From the NCBI GenBank assembly GCA_016872175.1, contig VHBA01000002.1, positions 14,517 through 78,516 on the forward strand: a stretch of DNA of 64,000 bases. Direction: 5' to 3'. This DNA is from Sphingomonadales bacterium (GTDB taxonomy: Bacteria; Bacteroidota; Bacteroidia; NS11-12g; UBA955). The notes under the pieces are model-generated. The model saw only the letters and a list, made by a program, of their open reading frames with translations, was not told the DNA's origin and did no database searches. How positions within the stretch are numbered: the first letter of the stretch is position 1; every line of letters starts with the position of its first letter. The position numbers and the translations under genes were made by a program. Below are positions 57,854 through 64,000 of this stretch, one piece after another.

Positions 57854-58405
57854 ATGTCACGCGTAGGAAAAGCACCCATCAGTATCCCGGCAGGCGTCAC
57901 CATTACCAATGATAATGGAAACGTTACCGCTAAGGGTCCAAAAGGAGAAGTGTCGCAGTACATTGGAACAGATATTACTATCGACGTTACCGATGGAGTG
58001 CTGACAGTCAATCGCCCGAGCGACAGCAAGCAACATAAAGCATTGCACGGTCTATACCGCGCCTTGATTCAAAATATGGTTGTTGGTGTTAGCCAAGGGC
58101 ACACAGTAAAACAGGAATTGGTAGGCGTTGGTTATAAAGTATCCAACCAGGGCAATCTTGTGGATTTTACCCTGGGTTACTCTCACCGCATCATGCTTGA
58201 GATTCCCAACGAAATTAAAGTTACCACCGAAACGCTCAAAGGTCAGAATCCATCGATTACCATGGAATGTGCCGACAAACAGCTTTTGGGTCAGATAGCT
58301 GCCAAGATACGTTCATTCCGGAAGCCAGAGCCTTACAAAGGTAAAGGTATCAAATTTGCCGGTGAGGTGTTGAGAAAGAAAGCAGGTAAGTCAGCATCCA
58401 AATAA
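57854..58405 (+). CDS. rplF: 50S ribosomal protein L6
   Basis: Motifs MSRVGK and PEPYKGKG. Confidence 0.98.
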   Translation: MSRVGKAPISIPAGVTITNDNGNVTAKGPKGEVSQYIGTDITIDVTDGVLTVNRPSDSKQHKALHGLYRALIQNMVVGVSQGHTVKQELVGVGYKVSNQGNLVDFTLGYSHRIMLEIPNEIKVTTETLKGQNPSITMECADKQLLGQIAAKIRSFRKPEPYKGKGIKFAGEVLRKKAGKSASK

Positions 58406-58417
58406 TTTTAATTAGTT

Positions 58418-58774
58418 ATGTCAAAATCAGTAACACAAAGAAGAAGTAAAATCCGCAGCCGTATTCGCGGTCGCATAAGCGGAACAACTGTAAGGCCCCG
58501 CCTCAGTGTATACCGCAGCAATAAAGATATATATGCCCAGATTATAGATGACAGCAAAGGCCTAACCCTTTGTTCTGCATCTTCATCTGAGGATGGCATC
58601 AAAGATGTAAAGGACAACAAAGTTGCAAAATCAGCCATGGTAGGTAAAAAGCTCGCCGAAAAAGCTGTTGCAGCCGGAATCAAGTCTGTAGTTTTTGATC
58701 GCGGTGGTTATCTGTATCATGGACGTGTAAAGAGCCTCGCAGACGCAGCTCGCGAAGGAGGTTTAGAATTTTAA
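58418..58774 (+). CDS. rplR: 50S ribosomal protein L18
   Basis: Motifs RPRLSVYRS and [12 protein letters not shown]. Confidence 0.98.
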   Translation: MSKSVTQRRSKIRSRIRGRISGTTVRPRLSVYRSNKDIYAQIIDDSKGLTLCSASSSEDGIKDVKDNKVAKSAMVGKKLAEKAVAAGIKSVVFDRGGYLYHGRVKSLADAAREGGLEF

Positions 58775-58795
58775 TTTATTAAAGAAGTCATTCAA

Positions 58796-59314
58796 ATGTC
58801 TGAAAATATCAATAAACGTGTGAGACCCGGTGAGTTGACACTCACTGAAAAAGTGGTCTCCATCAATCGTGTTGCCAAGGTTACCAAGGGTGGTCGTACT
58901 TTCAGTTTTAGTGCCCTCGTAGTTGTAGGTGACGGAAACGGTGTGGTAGGTCATGGTTTAGGGCGATCCAACGAGGTTATGGATGCCGTTAACAAAGGGA
59001 TAGAAGATGCAAAGAAAAATCTTATTAAAGTTCCTGTAATTAATGGCACAGTTCCGCATGAACAGACCGGTAAATTTGGCGGTGGACGCGTTTTTCTTAA
59101 GCCTGCTGCACACGGTACCGGTGTAATTGCCGGTGGTGCAATGCGTGCTGTGCTGGAAAGCGCTGGTGTAACCGATGTACTTGCCAAATCAAAAGGTTCT
59201 TCTAACCCTCACAACGTGGTTAAAGCTACATTTGATGCTCTTACTACCATGAGAGATCCTTATGCAGTAGCCAAAATGAGAAATATCAATCTCAAAAAAG
59301 TATTTAACGGATAA
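58796..59314 (+). CDS. rpsE: 30S ribosomal protein S5
   Basis: Motifs [10 protein letters not shown] and GTGVIAGG. Confidence 0.98.
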   Translation: MSENINKRVRPGELTLTEKVVSINRVAKVTKGGRTFSFSALVVVGDGNGVVGHGLGRSNEVMDAVNKGIEDAKKNLIKVPVINGTVPHEQTGKFGGGRVFLKPAAHGTGVIAGGAMRAVLESAGVTDVLAKSKGSSNPHNVVKATFDALTTMRDPYAVAKMRNINLKKVFNG

Positions 59315-59318
59315 GGTC

Positions 59319-59501
59319 ATGGGAAAAGTTAAAATAACACTGGTAAAAAGCGGAATCGGATATCCAAAGAACCAGAAAGCTACGCTTCGTGCCTTAGGTC
59401 TTCGTAAAATTAACGCGAGTGCTGAATTAGAACTGAACAACCAGATTCAGGGTATGATCAACACCGTAAATCATCTTATCAAAGTAGAAAACACCAAGTA
59501 A
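59319..59501 (+). CDS. rpmD: 50S ribosomal protein L30
   Basis: KITLVKS..G...QKATLRALGL. Confidence 0.96.
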   Translation: MGKVKITLVKSGIGYPKNQKATLRALGLRKINASAELELNNQIQGMINTVNHLIKVENTK

Positions 59502-59502
59502 C

Positions 59503-59952
59503 ATGAATTTAAGTAATCTAAAACCAGCTGCAGGTTCTACCAAAAATAGAAAGAGAATTGGCCGTGGTGAAGGTTCCGGTAGAGGCGGTACCTCAACAAA
59601 GGGTCATAAAGGTGCGCAATCACGTACCGGTTATTCCAGGAAGATAGGTTTTGAAGGTGGTCAAATGCCTTTACAGCGCCGTATTCCCAAGGGAGGTTTC
59701 AAAAACATCAATCGAGTAGAGTATGCTGCCATTAATTTGGATGTGCTGCAAGGTTTAGCTGATTCTCTCAAAGTGAATAAAATTGACCACGAACTTCTTG
59801 TTAAAAAACACTTAGTTGGTAAGTCTGAGATGGTTAAAGTACTTGGCCGAGGCGAAATTAAAGCCGGAGTTGAAGTTCATGCCCACAAATTTAGTGAAAC
59901 TGCTAAGGCGGCTATCGAAAAGGCCGGTGGCTCTGCTCACCTTATAGGATGA
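59503..59952 (+). CDS. rplO: 50S ribosomal protein L15
   Basis: Motifs RIGRGEGSG and GFEGGQMPL. Confidence 0.98.
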   Translation: MNLSNLKPAAGSTKNRKRIGRGEGSGRGGTSTKGHKGAQSRTGYSRKIGFEGGQMPLQRRIPKGGFKNINRVEYAAINLDVLQGLADSLKVNKIDHELLVKKHLVGKSEMVKVLGRGEIKAGVEVHAHKFSETAKAAIEKAGGSAHLIG

Positions 59953-59956
59953 TACT

Positions 59957-61327
59957 ATGAAAAAACTGATTGAAACCCTAAAGCATATCTGGTCGATTGA
60001 GGAACTCAAGAGAAGAATTGTGTATACTTTTCTTTTGCTTGCCGTATATCGTTTGGGTTCTTTCGTGATTCTTCCCGGTATAGACAGCTCAATTCTGGAA
60101 GGCAACATGAGCAGCCAGAATAAAAACAATATACTTGACTTGATTAATACATTTGCGGGTGGCGCCTGGAACCGTGGTGCCATATTCGCTTTGGGGATCA
60201 TGCCATATATCTCAGCCAGCATTTTTATGCAATTGGTTTCAATCGCTATACCAGCCTTTCAGCGTTTACAAAAAGAGGGTGAAGAAGGAAGAAGAAAGAT
60301 AAATCAATATACACGGATTCTGACCATCGCATTTACCTGTGTTCAGGCCTTTGGTTACCTTAATCAGTTAACAGGAAATCCGGAATATCAGGGTGCCCTC
60401 TTATTTCTGCGAAGTAACGCAAACATGACCCAGGGTTGGTTTTTCTTTACCAATGTTATTTTGTTAACCGCCGGAACCATGTTTACCATGTGGATGGGTG
60501 AACGTATCACCGACCGTGGTCTAGGTAATGGTATATCGCTGCTAATTATGGTTGGTATTATAGCCCGCCTCCCTAATGCTTTGTTTTCAGAACTTGCTTT
60601 TGCTGGTAAACGTGCCAGTTTTATTCTCTTTTTGATTGAGCTTGTAGTTTGGGCACTTGTTATTCTTGGCGTAATTCTGCTAACACAGGGAACCCGAAAA
60701 ATAACAATTAACTACGCGAAAAGGGTTGTTGGTAACCGTCAGTATGGTGGCGCAAGGCAATATCTTCCGATTAAAATACTATCAGCGGGTGTAATGCCTA
60801 TCATTTTTGCACAAGCAATCCTGTTTTTACCGGCTACTATTGCAGGTTTTTACGATCAGGGCGGAGTTCCCGGATGGCTGCTAAGCCTTACAAATCCAAA
60901 CAGTTTTGGCCATAACGCCCTCATGGTTTTTTTAATAGTCGTATTTACCTATTTCTACACGGCCATTATTTTTAACCCTGTGCAGATGGCCGATGATATG
61001 AAGCGTAATAATGGTTTTATACCCGGTATAAAGCCTGGGAAGCAAACTGCCAATTTCATTGATGATATAATCAGTCGAATTACTTTGCCCGGAGCTATCT
61101 TTATATCCTTAATTGCAGTATTGCCAGTTATTTCAGGCAACCTGGGAGTGAATCAGGAATTTAGCCAATTCTTTGGAGGTACCAGCCTGCTAATTTTGGT
61201 TGGTGTGGTATTGGATACCCTTCAACAAATCGACAGTTATCTGCAGATGAGAAAGTACGACGGATTGATGAGCAGTGGCCGTCTTAAAGGTCGTTTCACA
61301 GGTAATACACCCCAAGTTGATTATTAA
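59957..61327 (+). CDS. secY: Preprotein translocase subunit SecY
   Basis: Motifs ALGIMPYISA, GLGNGISL, GVMPIIFA and FGGTSLLI. Confidence 0.98.
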   Translation: MKKLIETLKHIWSIEELKRRIVYTFLLLAVYRLGSFVILPGIDSSILEGNMSSQNKNNILDLINTFAGGAWNRGAIFALGIMPYISASIFMQLVSIAIPAFQRLQKEGEEGRRKINQYTRILTIAFTCVQAFGYLNQLTGNPEYQGALLFLRSNANMTQGWFFFTNVILLTAGTMFTMWMGERITDRGLGNGISLLIMVGIIARLPNALFSELAFAGKRASFILFLIELVVWALVILGVILLTQGTRKITINYAKRVVGNRQYGGARQYLPIKILSAGVMPIIFAQAILFLPATIAGFYDQGGVPGWLLSLTNPNSFGHNALMVFLIVVFTYFYTAIIFNPVQMADDMKRNNGFIPGIKPGKQTANFIDDIISRITLPGAIFISLIAVLPVISGNLGVNQEFSQFFGGTSLLILVGVVLDTLQQIDSYLQMRKYDGLMSSGRLKGRFTGNTPQVDY

Positions 61328-61360
61328 CAAAAAAAACACTATTTTTGCAGCCCTTTTGAA

Positions 61361-61579
61361 ATGCCAAAGCAAGATGCCATAAAACAAGACGGAGTGATAA
61401 CGGAAGCATTGTCCAATGCAATGTTCCGTGTTAAGCTCCAAAATGGGCATGAGATTATTGCTACCATTTCGGGCAAAATGAGAATGCACTATATCAGAAT
61501 CCTACCCGGTGATAAGGTTCAGGTTGAAATGTCTCCCTATGATTTAACCCGAGGAAGGATCTCATACAGATACAAGTAA
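61361..61579 (+). CDS. infA: Translation initiation factor IF-1
   Basis: Motifs ISGKMR and ILPGDKV. Confidence 0.98.
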   Translation: MPKQDAIKQDGVITEALSNAMFRVKLQNGHEIIATISGKMRMHYIRILPGDKVQVEMSPYDLTRGRISYRYK

Positions 61580-61583
61580 AGAT

Positions 61584-61700
61584 ATGAAAGTTAGAACTTC
61601 AGTAAAAAAGCGCAGTGTAGACTGCAAGATTGTGCGCCGCAATGGAAAGGTGTACGTAATTAACAAAAAGAACCCTAAGTATAAACAAAGACAAGGTTAA
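61584..61700 (+). CDS. rpmJ: 50S ribosomal protein L36 (below the ORF-track size cutoff)
   Basis: Read directly as [38 protein letters not shown]. Confidence 0.96.
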   Translation: MKVRTSVKKRSVDCKIVRRNGKVYVINKKNPKYKQRQG

Positions 61701-61706
61701 AAGACA

Positions 61707-62084
61707 ATGGCCAGGATAGCAGGTATAGATTTACCCAAAAACAAAAGAGGCGTGATAGGACTGACCTACATTTTCGGTATCGGTCCAAGCACGGCAGCCA
61801 GAATTCTGGATAATTCCGGAATTAGCCGCGACAAAAAAGTGAATGACTGGGATGATGATGATTTGTCAAAAATCCGTGGATTTATCACCAATAACCTCAA
61901 AACGGAAGGTGAATTGCGCAGTGAAACACAACTGAACATAAAACGACTGATGGACATCGGTTGTTATCGCGGACTAAGACATCGTAAAGGTCTGCCGGTT
62001 CGCGGACAACGTACCAGCACCAATGCACGTACCAGGAAAGGTAAACGTAAAACTGTAGCAGGTAAGAAAAAGGCCACCAAATAA
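61707..62084 (+). CDS. rpsM: 30S ribosomal protein S13
   Basis: Motifs MARIAG, YRGLRH and [11 protein letters not shown]. Confidence 0.98.
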   Translation: MARIAGIDLPKNKRGVIGLTYIFGIGPSTAARILDNSGISRDKKVNDWDDDDLSKIRGFITNNLKTEGELRSETQLNIKRLMDIGCYRGLRHRKGLPVRGQRTSTNARTRKGKRKTVAGKKKATK

Positions 62085-62098
62085 TAGATGACAGGGAA

Positions 62099-62482
62099 AT
62101 GGCAACCAAAAAAGTAACAAAAAAGAAAGTAAAAGTAGATCCCCACGGACAGGTGCATATTCATGCAACCTTCAACAATATCATTGTTTCCGTAACCAAT
62201 ACCGAAGGACAGGTTATTTCCTGGTCCTCCGCAGGTAAAATGGGTTTTAGAGGTTCAAAAAAGAATACTCCCTACGCTGCTCAAATGGCATCGCTGGATT
62301 GTGCAAAAACAGCATTCGACTCAGGTCTTCGCAAAGTGGATGTTTTTGTTAAAGGTCCAGGTGGAGGTCGTGATAGTGCAATTCGTAATTTGCAAACTGT
62401 AGGTCTTGAAGTTATATCAATAACAGATATCACACCAATGCCCCACAACGGTTGTCGTCCACCTAAACGCCGCAGGGTTTAA
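62099..62482 (+). CDS. rpsK: 30S ribosomal protein S11
   Basis: Motifs TFNNIIV and [13 protein letters not shown]. Confidence 0.98.
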   Translation: MATKKVTKKKVKVDPHGQVHIHATFNNIIVSVTNTEGQVISWSSAGKMGFRGSKKNTPYAAQMASLDCAKTAFDSGLRKVDVFVKGPGGGRDSAIRNLQTVGLEVISITDITPMPHNGCRPPKRRRV

Positions 62483-62508
62483 TTTTCATTATAAAAGCAT
62501 AACAATCA

Positions 62509-63114
62509 ATGGCAAGATACAGAGGTCCAAAATCAAAAATAGCCCGTCGTTTCCGTGAACCAATTTTCGGACGTGATAAGGCTTTGGAAAAGAAAAACTA
62601 TGGTCCGGGTCAGCATGGCAACAGCCGCAGAAGACCCAAATTGTCTGAATACGCAGTTCAACTGGCCGAAAAGCAAAAGGCTAAATACACATATGGTTTG
62701 CTGGAAAAGCAATTTAGAAACCTGTTTAAAAAAGCGGCTGCCAAAAAAGGAATTACCGGTGAAAACTTATTAAAGTTCCTCGAGGCTCGTTTGGATAATA
62801 CAGTTTTCCGCTTGGGTATTGCTCCCACGCGACGTGCTGCACGCCAACTTGTTGGACATTGCCATATTTTGGTTAATGGTCACGTGGTGAATATTCCCAG
62901 TTATCATCTTAAACCTGGTGATGTCGTGGCAGTACGTGAGCGTAGCAAATCACTGGAGATTATTGCGGAAGCAGCAGGAAGTGTTCGCAAACGCTTTAAT
63001 TGGCTTGAGTGGGATGGCGGTGAACTTTCCGGCAAATTTATCAGCTATCCGGAGCGTTCTGAGATTCCTGAAAATATCAAAGAACAGCTGATTGTGGAAT
63101 TGTACTCTAAATAA
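62509..63114 (+). CDS. rpsD: 30S ribosomal protein S4
   Basis: Motifs MARYRGP, EKQKAK, RLDN and IVELYSK. Confidence 0.98.
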   Translation: MARYRGPKSKIARRFREPIFGRDKALEKKNYGPGQHGNSRRRPKLSEYAVQLAEKQKAKYTYGLLEKQFRNLFKKAAAKKGITGENLLKFLEARLDNTVFRLGIAPTRRAARQLVGHCHILVNGHVVNIPSYHLKPGDVVAVRERSKSLEIIAEAAGSVRKRFNWLEWDGGELSGKFISYPERSEIPENIKEQLIVELYSK

Positions 63115-63135
63115 AACTTTTAAAACAAATCAAAA

Positions 63136-64000
63136 ATGGGAGTTATTCCTTTTCAAAAACCAAATAAGGTGGTGATGAATAAAGCCACCGATTTTCATGG
63201 AGTGTTTGAATTTTCACCTCTGGAAAAAGGCTACGGTGTTACCATTGGTAATGCTATGCGCCGCATTCTCCTTTCATCGCTGGAAGGTTATGCCATTACA
63301 TCTTTAAAAATTCAGGGTGTGAACCATGAGTTCTCCACCATAAAAGGTGTTGTTGAAGATGTACTTGAAATTATCCTGAACCTTAAGCAGGTGCGTTTCA
63401 AAGCTAATTCATCTACCGATGACAATGAGAAAATTTTTATCAGCCTTAAAGGTAAAGACCAGTTTCTGGCCGGAGATATAGGCAGATACACCAATTCCTT
63501 CAATATTTTAAATCCGGAGCTGGTGGTTTGTAACATTGAGCCAACTGTTAATCTTGAACTTGAACTTACCATCGGCAAAGGCCGTGGCTATGTTCCTGCC
63601 GAGGAAAACAAAGTAAAGGACGCACCGATTGGTTTAATTGCCACCGATAGCATCTTTACACCCATCAGAAACGTTAAATACACGGTTGAAGATTTCCGCG
63701 TTGAACAACGTACAGACTATGAAAAGCTGGTAATGGAAGTTACTACTGATGGCAGCATTCACCCTGAAGAAGCACTGAAAGAAGCTGCGAAAATCTTGAT
63801 CCAACATTTTGTATTGTTCAGCGATGAGAATATCATGCCTGAATCAAAAGCAAGTAAAGCTGTTGAAGAAGTGGATGAAGGATTCCTGCAAATGCGTAAA
63901 ATCCTGAAAACGCCTTTGGCTGATCTTGATCTATCAGTGCGTGCATACAACTGTTTGAAGGCAGCTGAAATCAAGACGCTTGGAGAATTGGTTCAATACC
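63136..64000 (+). CDS. rpoA: RNA polymerase alpha subunit (runs off the window end)
   Basis: Open frame from ATG 63136 with [24 protein letters not shown] and LSVRAYNCL. Confidence 0.97.
   Translation, partial: MGVIPFQKPNKVVMNKATDFHGVFEFSPLEKGYGVTIGNAMRRILLSSLEGYAITSLKIQGVNHEFSTIKGVVEDVLEIILNLKQVRFKANSSTDDNEKIFISLKGKDQFLAGDIGRYTNSFNILNPELVVCNIEPTVNLELELTIGKGRGYVPAEENKVKDAPIGLIATDSIFTPIRNVKYTVEDFRVEQRTDYEKLVMEVTTDGSIHPEEALKEAAKILIQHFVLFSDENIMPESKASKAVEEVDEGFLQMRKILKTPLADLDLSVRAYNCLKAAEIKTLGELVQY

Overview
Chromosomal window from a Bacteroidota bacterium. Evidence: a T9SS porQ-like gene, a T9SS C-terminal domain, TAnnTTTG-type promoters, alpha2-type GlyRS, and an rpsL-rpsG-fusA-rpsJ cluster without tuf. 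The right quarter (47.8-64 kb) is an intact str/S10/spc/alpha ribosomal superoperon that runs off the edge in rpoA. The rest is mostly housekeeping genes: rlmI, dnaK, panB, fsa, queD/folE, dcd, glyQS, pgk, corA, ribF, cmk, tpiA, truA, a thiolase, a TonB receptor and yebC. It also holds tRNA-His, a small GT4-asnB-flippase locus and a REP-associated tyrosine transposase (RAYT). The most interesting element is an AT-rich gene downstream of tRNA-His. It encodes a signal peptide, a discoidin/NADase-type glycan-binding-like domain and a C-terminal Hint (Hedgehog/intein) domain. It lies between a beta-barrel gene and a cargo-less T9SS-CTD gene that carries an in-frame TAG. The window also has many lesions: four exact or near-exact tandem duplications inside core genes (dnaK twice, panB, porQ/cmk), three in-frame stops and a substitution in a conserved TruA motif. 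Assembly or consensus error is the most likely cause. All family assignments come from motif recognition by eye; no database searches were run.
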